A stretch of 63,692 bases of DNA, filler included, from Aduncisulcus paluster (lineage: Eukaryota), in NCBI GenBank assembly GCA_024181965.1. It is 6 parts of 6 records of this genome, joined end to end, with 100 filler letters (N's around TTAATTAATTAA, not from the genome) between each part and the next. Parts side by side here need not be neighbours in the genome. Positions count along the whole stretch, not along the records: positions 14,415 to 40,884 come from BQXS01011298.1; positions 40,985 to 44,652 come from BQXS01011299.1; positions 44,753 to 51,711 come from BQXS01011300.1; 3 more parts are not named here. The stretch is one strand, 5' to 3'. The translations under genes were made by a program, and so were the position numbers. The notes beneath the pieces were generated by a model that worked only from the letters and a program-made list of their open reading frames with translations, searched no databases and was not told the DNA's origin. Positions 35,899 through 47,467 of the stretch are shown piece after piece (the first letter of the stretch is position 1; every line of letters begins with the position of its first letter).

Positions 35899-36981
35899 TT
35901 ATTTCTTTCCCTTCTTCTTCTTTGACCTACGAGTGTTCATCTTAAGAATAGCCAAGATCTCAGGATCAGTAATCTCCTTACTGGGGTTGATAACAGGGGT
36001 GTATCCTGGGGTTAACCTCAAGGTGTTGCTTCCAGTGATCAAAGCAGTAAATTTCATCCTGGCAACCAACTTTCCAGGGGTCTCATGCAAAATGGGGGTA
36101 GGAATAATGCAATCAAGCTTTTCACACTCACTCACACCGAATGCAGCATTCTTGGTGGTAAGCCAGTTTTTGTGGAAAGGAAACACAGGGAATTTCTTAT
36201 CGATTTCACCCAGGGCATGTCTGGCAGCGTCCATCCGGGGTTTCTTTGTAATTTGAACGTCCCTTGTGAAAATAGATGGTTTAACAGGACTCTTATGAAG
36301 TTTCCCTGAGCCATTTGTGATCATCAGATCAATAGAGTACACTTGCCAGGGTTTGAACTCAAATTGGTCAGAAATTTCATCAGAAGAACCCATGTCAATA
36401 GTGTTAATTCCATCGTGAACCCATTGTTTCATTTCATAACCCTTAACTTCAGAGATACAGGTCACACCGAAAGTCTCGGCAATAGAAGTCAGAACCTTGG
36501 TAACATCTCTATTTGTCCGTCCAGGACGTAAGAGACGAAGAGCAGCCTCACAACCATAGAAAAGACTGCAATAGAGATCAGCACCAAGACCTTCAAGAGG
36601 TTCATCACCAATTCCGACGACAATGGTATTACACGCTTGAGCAACATAACCATCGATATGAACACCAAGATCAATCTTCACAATATCTCCAACTTCAAGG
36701 GAATCATCAGAAGAAGAAGGACTGTAACCGGAAGCAATGTTGTTACGACAGACAGTGGTGGGAATAGCAATTCCCTTCTCACACTTAACCCTCTTAAGAG
36801 CACGGGTAACATGTTTGAGCATAGACTCATCTCCAAACCGACATAATTCATGAACCTTAACACCGGGAGCAACGGCTTGAAGCACTTCTGTCATTGCAGC
36901 TGAACAAGCTTCTCCGGCCTTTTGGTACTTATCCAAAACAGCAGGATCCTCAGGAGTATGGGGAATATCACCTTCTTCCAT
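35899..36981 (-). CDS. PA2G4: proliferation-associated 2G4/EBP1 (inactive M24 fold)
   Basis: LDKYQKAGE, KGIAIPTTV, GDIVKIDLGVHIDGYVA, basic C-terminal tail. Confidence 0.9.
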   Translation of the reverse strand: MEEGDIPHTPEDPAVLDKYQKAGEACSAAMTEVLQAVAPGVKVHELCRFGDESMLKHVTRALKRVKCEKGIAIPTTVCRNNIASGYSPSSSDDSLEVGDIVKIDLGVHIDGYVAQACNTIVVGIGDEPLEGLGADLYCSLFYGCEAALRLLRPGRTNRDVTKVLTSIAETFGVTCISEVKGYEMKQWVHDGINTIDMGSSDEISDQFEFKPWQVYSIDLMITNGSGKLHKSPVKPSIFTRDVQITKKPRMDAARHALGEIDKKFPVFPFHKNWLTTKNAAFGVSECEKLDCIIPTPILHETPGKLVARMKFTALITGSNTLRLTPGYTPVINPSKEITDPEILAILKMNTRRSKKKKGKK

Positions 36982-37387
36982 TTTTTACAGTCAAAAAAGC
37001 CAGCGATTCGAAAGCTCCACACCTTAATCATCAAATCTTTGGAAAATTTACGATTATTTCATAGAAAGAAAAACCCAAAATGCATAGAATTTATTATTTC
37101 CCTTGAAATATTTCAAATAATCCAAAAACCGTCTCAAAACCATTCAAATTTTCTCTGCCGGGTCTATCGTATATTTACAGCTGATAAAAATAAAATAATC
37201 AACAATTAATGCAATTTAATCACAAAATATTACAATTCTGATGCATATTAATAAGTTGACTGGAGCTTTCATCGAAGTTGATTTTTGGGTATAATAGAAA
37301 GGAAATTGAAAAACATTTCACCTTAAATCAAGTTTATTTATTAATATTAAATTTGAAAAAGAATATAAACATATATAGATATTTGAA

Positions 37388-38605
37388 ATGGTCAAGAGAA
37401 CATTATCCCTTTTTTTTATCACTTTATCTTATCTTTTAGTTTTCGTTTTATCAGCCAATACATGTAGTAGCAATCCTTTATTGTCAGATGAAAATACGTT
37501 TTCATTCCCCGTATATTCTGAGAGTGGCAGCGCTTATGTTGCTTCTGCTTTCGGAGAACAATTGAATAGCAAATTATTTTCCCAAATTAACCATGTTAGT
37601 TCAGTTTGTGAGGAACTTAATTTCTTTGAAGGTTGTTGTTCAACTGTGACCTTTAATTACATGAGACAGGCCTATTCCTCACTCCGTGATTATTTAGAGT
37701 ATGATCTGAATCAAATTGAGATTTTGGCATCTGATCCTTATGCCTTACAAACACTCTCTGAATCAATTGCCTCGTACCTTACTGCCCGTTGTGTTGATTC
37801 TGGTGAGTCAGAATCAGATTGTTCTACCTTCGTAAATTCAGCCATTGATCCTCACACTTCTTATTTAATTGAATCTGGAAGTATCCTTAAAGAATGTATT
37901 CATTCCGTCGAGTCGTATCTTTCTGGTGCTCTTTGTGCTCTCTGTCTTGAAGATCTCTCATATTTAACATCTTCTCGGTTATCAGCCCATAATTCATATA
38001 TGACAGATATCACAGGTGCATGCGCTCCTTTATTGGTTAGTCTACAAACCCATTGGGGGGCCTCTGGAGTTATGCAGGCCGCGGCTGATTCTTCTGGTGT
38101 TGGATCTGATTATGTTCAGAGTGAATTGACCTCTATCAATTCAAAAAGAACGTCTTTTTCAACTAAAATCCAAGACGGAGAGCTTGTTGGTGGACTTAAT
38201 ATTCTTCCGGTGTGGTCTTACTTCGCGGTTTATTTTGGCACTGGTACAAGGCCTGATGGTGATGTTGAGGACATTTCTTTGGATTCAGATGTGCTAACAA
38301 CTGTGTTTGTTACCTCAGATTCGAGTTTACCCATTTCTTGGGCACAGAAGAGTTCCATTAATCCCCTGTATTATCTTGATGAAATAAGCTACACAATCTG
38401 GATTGTGATTCTTATTATTGTTTTTATTGTCTGTTTGGTCCTTGGTTTGATTTTGTGCCATTCAAAGTCTGGATTGGCATCAGATTCGGAGGTGACAAAG
38501 AATGAACTTGAGCGGAGACACCAAAAATGGGAACATCTCAAACTCATGAAAAAACAGAAAAAACAACATCAAAGGGATATTAAAAGAGAGAGGAAAATGG
38601 AATAG
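37388..38605 (+). CDS. type I membrane protein with Cys-rich ectodomain
   Basis: Signal peptide, C/CC/CxxC pattern, TM IWIVILIIVFIVCLVLGLIL, charged tail. Confidence 0.8.
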   Translation: MVKRTLSLFFITLSYLLVFVLSANTCSSNPLLSDENTFSFPVYSESGSAYVASAFGEQLNSKLFSQINHVSSVCEELNFFEGCCSTVTFNYMRQAYSSLRDYLEYDLNQIEILASDPYALQTLSESIASYLTARCVDSGESESDCSTFVNSAIDPHTSYLIESGSILKECIHSVESYLSGALCALCLEDLSYLTSSRLSAHNSYMTDITGACAPLLVSLQTHWGASGVMQAAADSSGVGSDYVQSELTSINSKRTSFSTKIQDGELVGGLNILPVWSYFAVYFGTGTRPDGDVEDISLDSDVLTTVFVTSDSSLPISWAQKSSINPLYYLDEISYTIWIVILIIVFIVCLVLGLILCHSKSGLASDSEVTKNELERRHQKWEHLKLMKKQKKQHQRDIKRERKME

Positions 38606-38866
38606 TCACGATAGAAAATATAATGGCATTCCTGATTTCCTTTTTCAAGTTTAACTAAACGATTACCCTCATTTTCTCAGTGACAACTGAAATAATACTT
38701 CCCATTTCTTTTTTTGAGCNNNNNNNNNNNNNNNNNNNNTGTAACATAAAAAATACCCTTATTGTGACGATTTACTTCCTCTTTGTTCCATATATTTTTT
38801 TTATCACTTTTTCACTGAAACAGATGGCATCTGAATTGTTCAGTTTTGATAGAAATCAATATCGAA

Positions 38867-39379
38867 ATGCACGAATTAAAAAGAGAATGGCAATTATATT
38901 ATCAAGATCATTCAAAAGATAAAGCAGTTAGCCAAAAATCTTATCAATCTGATATGAAACCAGTTTGTGAAAAATTCACTTCTGTTGAAGAATTTTGGAC
39001 GATTTTTGAACTTCTTCCACCATGTGATCAACTAGATGCATGCAATGTATGTTTTTTTATTAAAGATGTGAGTCCTGAATGGGAAGATCCTATTCATCAA
39101 GGAGGCTCAACATTAACAATTGATCTTCCACCAAAGTCTGGTCAATCCATATGGAAGAATTATTTAATGGATATGATTGGTCACTCTATTCCCAACATCG
39201 AAATAATTTCTGGATGTGTTCTGAAAAAGAGACGAAAAGAGAAGAAGGCCAGATTAACAATTTGGATGACAAGAGATGTTACAGAAAAAACTTCAGGTGC
39301 AGTTGCTCGATACCTTAAAGATTTATGTGGTATTGAAGCTCTAGAAAAGAAAATTCCTAAAAAGGAAAGTCGCCCTTAG
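38867..39379 (+). CDS. eIF4E: translation initiation factor eIF4E family
   Basis: HELKREWQLYY, FTSVEEFW, FFIKDVSPEWEDPIHQGG, ISGCV, LTIW. Confidence 0.88.
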   Translation: MHELKREWQLYYQDHSKDKAVSQKSYQSDMKPVCEKFTSVEEFWTIFELLPPCDQLDACNVCFFIKDVSPEWEDPIHQGGSTLTIDLPPKSGQSIWKNYLMDMIGHSIPNIEIISGCVLKKRRKEKKARLTIWMTRDVTEKTSGAVARYLKDLCGIEALEKKIPKKESRP

Positions 39380-39517
39380 AATTCTATCAAAATTAAGTAA
39401 ACCCCCTTTTTAATAGTCAATATTAATTTGTTATTTAACAATAACTTTGAGCACAATCGCGAATTTGAAATATTTGGTCAACAAACGGTTTTTGGGTGGA
39501 TAACAAGCAAATTTAAC

Positions 39518-40206
39518 ATGGAACAAGAAATATTTGATGCCGCAAAACAATATCTTGAGCAAAAAGGACCAGATGGCAAGTCTCTTTTTGATCATTTGTC
39601 TGATGTAATTCTAAAACTTTTTTCCGAGCGACCTGATAATCCATATGATTCATTCGAAGCAATTTCTTCAGATATAAAGAATATGTCTGTTGATACTTCC
39701 CTTAAGGAAGAACAAACACCAGCTCAACTTTCTTCAAGAGTTTTGTCTACTATCAAGACCTCTCTTTCATTGTATAAGAAGCCACCACCAAAATTGGATG
39801 AGGATGGTGAGCCAATTGAAGATGAAGAAGATGGTGAAGTGCCTGTTCTCCCAGATTTACCACTGCAAAATCAGTATTTAAATATTGTTGGAAGAGGGAT
39901 TTCTCCGCTTGAAGCCCAACGAATATTAATGGCCATGCAACGTTTTGCCAAGGAAAAAGGAGAATCTGTCACAAAAATTCGTTTTTTTGGTAAATTTACC
40001 TGTGTCAATGGATTTTATTATGTTCTTGAAGGCAAAAAGACAAATTGGGATGAAGAGGATGTAGAAGAGGAGGAGGATGAAGAGGAAGATGGACCTTCAC
40101 GAAAGAAAAAGATTATTAATGATTTTGGAGCCCATGAGGATTTATCAGAGCCTGAAGAGGTCCAAAAAAAGAATCCAGAAGAAGAGGAAGAGGATAAAGA
40201 AAAGTC

Positions 40207-40239
<33 letters not shown>

Positions 40240-40884
40240 AGATGGGGAACCAAGGAAAAAGAAAGGGAAAATTACGTTTCCCCTCCCGCCTCCTCTCCCT
40301 CCTCTCGACTATGATCTATCTACTCCCTCTGAAGTCCACAAGGGGGTTAACGCTGTGACATATTGGGTCTCCAAGAATTTAGGAGAAGAATGGCTCCAGC
40401 TTCCAGAAATAACTCCAACTCAGATCGAAATGAGTCGGTTTATTCGAAGAAAGTTATCTGGAAATCTGTGGGGAGTTGTATGGAAAAGATATCCAAGGTT
40501 TCCCGGTCGAGAAGCCCAATATTTAAGGTGTTTGATTGCTCGTATCCGTCATGCATGCGCTGTCGAACCAATTTTGAAGAAAAAACAGGAAGAACCCAAA
40601 GACGATCTTGCTGAACTCGACAAAGAAGATGAAAATGAGGACGAAGAAGAAGAAATCATTCAGATTGATGAAGATTTAGTCCAAACTCTTGATGGTTGGC
40701 GCCACATTGTTCCTGTTTTGTTACAAGAAGGAAGAATACGCGCTTCAAAAAAGAAAAAACCGGTGAACGAAGATGGGGAAGAAGAGGAAGAAGAAGAAGA
40801 AGAGGAGGATGAGGAGGAGGAAGAAGAAGAAGAAGGTGATGAGGAAAATATTCTTTCGAAACCTTCCCGGAAGAAACTTCCCCT
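39518..40884 (+). CDS. RSPH4: radial spoke head protein 4/6, 3'-partial
   Basis: SLFDHLSDVILKL..ERP, IRFFGKF, GVNAVTYWV, WLQLPEITPTQI, YPRFPGREAQYLRCLIARI. Confidence 0.9.
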
Positions 40885-40985
40885 NNNNNNNNNNNNNNNN
40901 NNNNNNNNNNNNNNNNNNNNNNNNNNNNTTAATTAATTAANNNNNNNNNNNNNNNNNNNNNNNNNNNNNNNNNNNNNNNNNNNNC

Positions 40986-41678
40986 ACCAACCTTAACAGG
41001 CTTATTGCTCAGTGTGTTTCCTCCATCACTGCTTCCCTCAGATTCGATGGTGCTTTGAACGTTGATCTTACTGAGTTCCAGACCAACTTGGTTCCCTACC
41101 CTCGTATCCACTTCCCTCTCTGCTCTTACGCTCCTATCATCTCTGCTGAGAAGGCCTATCACGAGCAACTCTCTGTTGCCGAGCTCACCAACTCTGTTTT
41201 CGAGCCCGCTAACATGATGGTTAAGTGTGATCCCCGTCACGGTAAGTACATGGCTTGTGTTCTTATGTTCCGTGGTGATGTCGTTCCTAAGGATGTTAAC
41301 ACCGCCGTTGCCACCATCAAGACCAAGCGTACCATCCAATTCGTTGACTGGTGTCCTACTGGTTTCAAGATTGGTATCAACTACCAACCCCCCGCCGTTG
41401 TCCCCGGAGGTGACCTTGCCAAGGTTCAGAGAAGCTGTCTTATGATCAGCAACACCACCGCCATCGCCGAGGTTTGGTCTCGTATGGACCACAAGTTCGA
41501 TCTTATGTACCAGAAGCGTGCCTTCGTTCACCACTACGTTGGAGAAGGTATGGAAGAAGGTGAGTTCTCTGAGGCTCGTGAAGATCTTGCTGCCCTTGAG
41601 AAGGATTACGAGGAGATCGGTGCCGACAGTCCTATTGAAGAGGGTGAAGATGAGGGTATGGCCGACGAGGGATTCTAA
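40986..41678 (+). CDS. TUBA: alpha-tubulin, 5'-partial
   Basis: [57 protein letters not shown]. Confidence 0.98.
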   Translation, partial: TNLNRLIAQCVSSITASLRFDGALNVDLTEFQTNLVPYPRIHFPLCSYAPIISAEKAYHEQLSVAELTNSVFEPANMMVKCDPRHGKYMACVLMFRGDVVPKDVNTAVATIKTKRTIQFVDWCPTGFKIGINYQPPAVVPGGDLAKVQRSCLMISNTTAIAEVWSRMDHKFDLMYQKRAFVHHYVGEGMEEGEFSEAREDLAALEKDYEEIGADSPIEEGEDEGMADEGF

Positions 41679-41941
41679 GCCCATTAATCTTATCCGTTAG
41701 CTCTATACAGTAAAGTAACAAATTGTTCGTGTTTTTGATTCATTTTTTTATTTTTCCCAGTAAATGGGTTTGAAAAAGCGAAACAATTCTTTGAATGACT
41801 GGATCAAATCAGTAAATTGACAAATATCTGAAATGACATAGTGCAACCCACATTTCTAATAACAATTTCCCTCAAACAGGGTCATAAAGTGTTTTGAATT
41901 CAGTGGATTATTTATTGAGGAAGGTACTAGAGTGCCTTCTA

Positions 41942-42985
41942 TTAGATGGGTAAATAGTAAACTTGAGTGGTGGTTGATTGGCTATCCTTCCCTGTGTATG
42001 TAGGAGAATAGTTATAAATAAGATGAGAATCTTGCTCGTCTTCGGAAAGGAACATATTACTGTTCATCTTGGCATAGTCAACAAAAGTTTGAGAGAGAGT
42101 CTGCATAACGCCAACAGCTATCGACGAATGGTTTATATTATACGATAATGCCCATTCAAATGCATTCTTTTCAGGGTGGAACGCAGTTGCAAAGATGGGA
42201 TATAAGAAATGTTCGACAATTGTTACAGAAGGGGTACAATTATCACCACAGAATTCAGTATATCCTAAAATAGAGTAAGATCCAGATAATCGGTATGAAT
42301 TGACAAAGGTTTCAATGGGAATGATCCATTGATGGTTGTGAAAAGGGATGGGGTTTGATGCATCACTAAGAGAAGAAATAATATCTTGATTATTTTCAAA
42401 TAATAGAGAATTGTCTGCTTCAGAAGTTATCTCCACGGGAAGAGAAACATTTTTATAATCTGTGGATTGAGACAATGTATCTTCCTTGGACATATTTTCG
42501 ACACATATTATGGCCTCAAAGCCAAGACAAGTTCCCCAAACTGGGAAAAAATCTGCTCTTTCGACAACACTTCCAGGATTTCCATCTCGAATTGCCTCTC
42601 TTTCACTCTGAGAAAATCCTTGAAATTCTTTAGCTTTGTCGAGAATCATTCGAACTGCCTTTATATAATCAGAATCGGGATCCAATTCAATAAAATCTGC
42701 GCCACCAGTCAATAATACTCCATTTAATGAGCTAAGCAAAAGTTTAAATTCATTTGCATCGAGAGAATATGGAAGAACAGCAGCCTGAGCACCAGCACTC
42801 TCAAGCCACTTAACATAGGAAGCTACTATCTCACCACTATAATTATCTGGATCTTTTGGAGGTAAAGTCAGTACTCCAATGATAGGTCTATCATTCTCAC
42901 ACAACACTTGATACGATGTACAGGATAGAATAAAAGCATACAGAAGAAAAAGAAGAAAAGAAACAAATCGAAACGGCGATTTCAT
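41942..42985 (-). CDS. GGH: gamma-glutamyl hydrolase (peptidase C26), secreted or lysosomal
   Basis: Signal peptide; RPIIGVL, ASYVKWLESAGA, PVWGTCLGFE, FHPEKNAFEW. Confidence 0.93.
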   Translation of the reverse strand: MKSPFRFVSFLLFLLYAFILSCTSYQVLCENDRPIIGVLTLPPKDPDNYSGEIVASYVKWLESAGAQAAVLPYSLDANEFKLLLSSLNGVLLTGGADFIELDPDSDYIKAVRMILDKAKEFQGFSQSEREAIRDGNPGSVVERADFFPVWGTCLGFEAIICVENMSKEDTLSQSTDYKNVSLPVEITSEADNSLLFENNQDIISSLSDASNPIPFHNHQWIIPIETFVNSYRLSGSYSILGYTEFCGDNCTPSVTIVEHFLYPIFATAFHPEKNAFEWALSYNINHSSIAVGVMQTLSQTFVDYAKMNSNMFLSEDEQDSHLIYNYSPTYTGKDSQSTTTQVYYLPI

Positions 42986-43257
42986 CCTTCAAAGAGATAG
43001 TAGAAGAAGTTATATCGGGGAATACCCTTAGATATTTATAATGAGCCAAGATAGAGCGACAAATTGAGAATTTTTCAATATTACTGAATGAGCAAATCTC
43101 AAAGCAAAAAAAAAACAAAATAAATGCTTATCATAACTATTATGCAGTGAATAAATAATTTTTGATGCTGAATTAAGTCTACAATAAGTTTTTCAAGAAC
43201 AATCCTATTCTTCGGAACCATTGAGCCTTTTTGGATTTCTTCCATATAAAGGACCAC

Positions 43258-44652
43258 ATGCAATCCCCTTCTTTTACCCCAAAAGAGGAATATTTCCCAT
43301 CTGGAAAATGTGCTTCCCATAATGGAGTTATGTTACTACGTTTCCCTCATTTCCTTGGGGGATCTGCCATAATCAAGGCCGTAAAAAAGTTTGGCTTTGT
43401 AAAAAATATTAAAATTGATAAGTTTTTATCCCAAGCAGTGTTCTTCTTTGATGATCCAAAGAAAGCTGAGAGTTTTGTTACTTGTGCCGAACCTTGTTTT
43501 GTTGATCCTAAAATTTGTGCTGTTTATGCTGCCACGAAGGATGAATTGAAAGAGCTATACCCAGCTCCTTCTGAATCCGAATTGTCTCGACAGTCATCTC
43601 GCCTCAGTACCATAAGTACTGAGAGAAATTGTGATATTGCTCGCATTTTATTTACGAAATGGAAACTTCAAGCGGAATATAAATTACATATTATTCAATC
43701 TAAGATCCAAAAAAGTACCTCCAAGGACCAAGCTATCGCCAAAGAGATTAATGATATGTTCAGTGAATTTCAATCGCTTACAAATGATTTTGAGAAACAA
43801 TCAATCACTGTGCGTATAAAATCGAAAATGGAACAGCGAAAATCTCTGCAATCTTTCCTTGAAGGGTTGAAGAAGCAACTATCAGAACGACAGGAGAAAG
43901 TCAATGGTATTGCTGATAATTTGAAAGGTATATGCTCCCATCGACAGCTGTTTAGCATTGAAAAGATGCTTGGTCGAGAAGAACTCGTCTTATATCCTCT
44001 TAAAACAGAAGTTCCTTCCACTCCCCAGAATGATACACTAGGGTCATCCGATCAAGGCCTTGAATTAGAAAGAACAGTATCTTCAGTCAGTACCTCAGGT
44101 TCTGAAGCTGATATTCCCATTCCTCTTTCTCATCCTGATACCAAAATAGAATCTCTACTCGCAACACACCAAGAATCCATAGACGCCCAATTAATATCTT
44201 CTATTGACACAACACACCACCCAGAACAGTCCCCCCACTCAGGTCAATCATTCCCTGCGTCTGAATCTGTCCCCTTGGGAAAGCGTCGTGCAGGTGACTC
44301 TCCCCTATCTGCCAGACTGTCTGGGACTTCATCCATCTCTCCTCTCGATGAGTCATTGTGCACTCCGAGTCTTCTCCAGTTTATCATATCCAATAAGGCA
44401 AAACTCTTGGTGATTCGGAGGCAAACGGAGGTCGAGATTGACATGATGTTTCGAAAGATGGGGGTCAAAATTAGAGGAATGTGTCGTGTTGCATGGGAAT
44501 CTGGAAATATTCGAGTGATTCCCGGCGTGACTTTCCCTTCTCAACAGAGTGAAGATAAGGATAAAACAACAACCTTTGTTATCTCCTCCTCTTCTTCTCC
44601 TTCTTCCTCTTCTTCTCCTTCTTCCTCTTCTTCCGCTGCTCCCTCTTCTTCC
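43258..44652 (+). CDS. hypothetical protein with possible RRM-like N-terminus and coiled coil, 3'-partial
   Basis: Open to the spacer; KKFGFVKNIKI..QAVFFFDDPKKAESFV is RRM-like. Confidence 0.6.
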
Positions 44653-44754
44653 NNNNNNNNNNNNNNNNNNNNNNNNNNNNNNNNNNNNNNNNNNNNTTAA
44701 TTAATTAANNNNNNNNNNNNNNNNNNNNNNNNNNNNNNNNNNNNNNNNNNNNAA

Positions 44755-47034
44755 TTGGACAAATTGGTAGAATCACATCCAACGGAATCTGCATCAAAGC
44801 CACAATCCTTGGATCAAAAACACGATGAAAGTTCAATTAATACCTCAGAAGATCATGATATTGATGAAATGGTTGAATCCATTGACGATAAAATTACTCC
44901 TATTTCTACTCCCCCACATGGGCTTTCGAGTGATCTTCCTCAGTTTGATACTTCTGAAGAAAGAGAAGATGAGGGTGAAACAATGCAAAAAGACGAGAAT
45001 ATGAAAGATATAGAAGATGAATTAAGACCCAAAACTTCAGAAGGAATATCTAACGATGATGAAGTAGAAACATTGGAAGATAAACAAATTATTCAATCAC
45101 CAAAACATTCCACATATTGCACTCCTAGACCACTTTACTTCCCTCATATCCAGCCATATCACCATCATTTCATATTAAATCAATCAAACTTCACTCAAAA
45201 AGTCCAACATATGATCCTAGAAAGAATAAGAAACGCCGAATCGGATTTAATCGACCAAATCAAAACCCAATTGAATGTTTTTCGAAAACCTCTGATGAAA
45301 GATGATCAAATTGTTGAAAAAAACATTCAATCGATTGCTCAGGCAGGAGGAAAAAAAACTGAACTGGTTGGTGATATTTTCTCATTGGATGCTGGAATGG
45401 AGTTCTATTTCCCTTCAAAGTATGGGACTGACGTTGTTGATTTGATGACATCTTCTTCTTATCACTCATTATCTTCAAGAAAACAGGATTATTTCAAAGA
45501 ACTTGACACGTTGAAGAAAAAGTCTCAAAACTTAAGAGCGAAAGGAGCCATGCTTCTGCCAACATTCGCAGAATTATCGAAGAAACATCAAGAGTTGTAC
45601 CCTGATCAAGCGATGCTGAAATCTGAAGGAAAAGAGGGCGATGAGACAGGAATAGAAACAGATACATATAAAGAGCCACTTCCCTCTCCGACTTTTGAAG
45701 ATCAATTTCAATCCTTCAGATCGTTTGAAAGGGCTCAACTAGATAAAGCTCCTGCTTCAACCATTGGCGAGTGCATTCATTTTGCCATTAAACTCCAGGA
45801 TATTGTCGGAATCCACCGTGAATTCGGTAGTGTGGCCAGTGTAATCACGTGGGATGATGGAACAAGTATTGGTGGATGTACATTGGCTTGGAGTACTATT
45901 GTTGATGAAATAGAACCAAAGATAATACTCTCTTTGGCACCAATTCGAGAATCGCATTCTGTTCTCAAGAAAAAGCGTTTATTTGGGTTTAATATTCTTT
46001 CTCAGGAGCAGAAAATGCTTGGATATTCTTTTGCTATTGGACATAGCAGTGAGTATGATAAGTTCGAACTTGCTCGCACGGATATTATTCGTGGAAAATA
46101 TGGTGTTCCGTTGATTCCAGAATCTATCCTCTCATTTGAGTGCGAAGTTAATGAGCTAGTGAACGGTGATGGTGTTTTCGATCATGATACATTCATTTCT
46201 TCCATCCTGAGTTCCTATGGAGGAGGTCCTTGTGCATCCAATTTCTGTCTGGCCCTTGGGGTTATCCTGTGTGATCAACACGACATTTTGCAGGAGACAA
46301 CATCATATCTTAACAAATCTGGAGATTGGGTTGAGGTACCAACTCCGAAAAGAAAACCAGCATCCAAACCTGATATTCATTCTATGTGGTTTGACAGTGA
46401 GAAAGAATGGGATAGTGAACGTGACGAAACTGAAGAAGAAGAGGAAGAAGATTTAATTTTCAAAGAGAAAATATCTTGGAAATCTATTAAACCTGAGGGA
46501 GAAAGTTTGCTCAATCAAGACGTTGGTCTTAACTTAGATGATTATAAAGTCCCAGAAATATCTTCCTCAATGTCTGAAGAAACTGAAGTTCAGGAAGGAA
46601 CTTCATCATCAGAGGAAGAGTACATTCGCCCCATTCCAATGCATCATTTTCAGAAAAAAGAGGACGATCATCCTGTCAGATCACATCATGCTGTCTTCAA
46701 GGAAAAGGAAGATGAGGTTGAGAAGTTGCGACAACGTTCATTCGAAAGTGATGGAATTTCAGAAAATACTTCAGAGTACACATCACATGGCATTCCGGCC
46801 CAATTCGACGAAATTACGAAACAACCTTTCTTTGAGTCAATGTCTGAACTTTCTCAGAGTGAAACAAGTGAGAAGAAAGATATTCACAAAAAAGAACCAG
46901 ATAGTGGTGAAAAAGGTTCAGAAAAGGAAATTTCAGGCACTCATCGAATGAAATCAAGGTTCGAGATCATCAAAGAAATTTCTGTTGGAGAGGTGACCTC
47001 TGAGAGTGGCGATCTGAGCGATGAAAGTTTGTGA
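44755..47034 (+). CDS. large acidic protein containing a flavin reductase (DIM6/NTAB, flavoredoxin-like) domain, 5'-partial
   Basis: VASVIT..GGCTLAW..EPKIILSL..FGFNILSQEQ..DKF..GVPLIPESILSFECEV..DHDTFIS at about 45810-46220. Confidence 0.75.
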   Translation: MDKLVESHPTESASKPQSLDQKHDESSINTSEDHDIDEMVESIDDKITPISTPPHGLSSDLPQFDTSEEREDEGETMQKDENMKDIEDELRPKTSEGISNDDEVETLEDKQIIQSPKHSTYCTPRPLYFPHIQPYHHHFILNQSNFTQKVQHMILERIRNAESDLIDQIKTQLNVFRKPLMKDDQIVEKNIQSIAQAGGKKTELVGDIFSLDAGMEFYFPSKYGTDVVDLMTSSSYHSLSSRKQDYFKELDTLKKKSQNLRAKGAMLLPTFAELSKKHQELYPDQAMLKSEGKEGDETGIETDTYKEPLPSPTFEDQFQSFRSFERAQLDKAPASTIGECIHFAIKLQDIVGIHREFGSVASVITWDDGTSIGGCTLAWSTIVDEIEPKIILSLAPIRESHSVLKKKRLFGFNILSQEQKMLGYSFAIGHSSEYDKFELARTDIIRGKYGVPLIPESILSFECEVNELVNGDGVFDHDTFISSILSSYGGGPCASNFCLALGVILCDQHDILQETTSYLNKSGDWVEVPTPKRKPASKPDIHSMWFDSEKEWDSERDETEEEEEEDLIFKEKISWKSIKPEGESLLNQDVGLNLDDYKVPEISSSMSEETEVQEGTSSSEEEYIRPIPMHHFQKKEDDHPVRSHHAVFKEKEDEVEKLRQRSFESDGISENTSEYTSHGIPAQFDEITKQPFFESMSELSQSETSEKKDIHKKEPDSGEKGSEKEISGTHRMKSRFEIIKEISVGEVTSESGDLSDESL

Positions 47035-47467
47035 ATATTTCTTTTTTATTTTTTTATAGTTTCAGCAGTAGGTACGACAGAAGAGGCATTTTTGTGTGGT
47101 CTATTTTTAGAAAATCTATTTTAAGATACACCATGGGAAAAAAATAATTTATTATATTGTAAATCTCCAAAACTTCATCAGCATTCTCCTATCTTCCAAC
47201 TCAATGTGAGAAACCTCTTCAGCTATCTTTCACTTTTTCGAAAGTTCTACTGTTTCTGTGGTCAATAATGAACTGAAATATATATATATATCAAGGAATC
47301 CAGTGAATATTCTGCCACTCTCAACAAATTATCTCCACTAGGAGTCAATTATGAGAAAGTCTGAGGCTGAGAAATAGACAGGTTCCTCTCAAAGCAAGCT
47401 CTGAATAATAATAAATGACTATTGAAGATCAATTGGATGTGTATGATATGGGCTATTATTCAATAAT

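Noticed and set aside
40929..41684. 251-aa minus-strand ORF
   Set aside because: Antisense shadow of codon-biased alpha-tubulin
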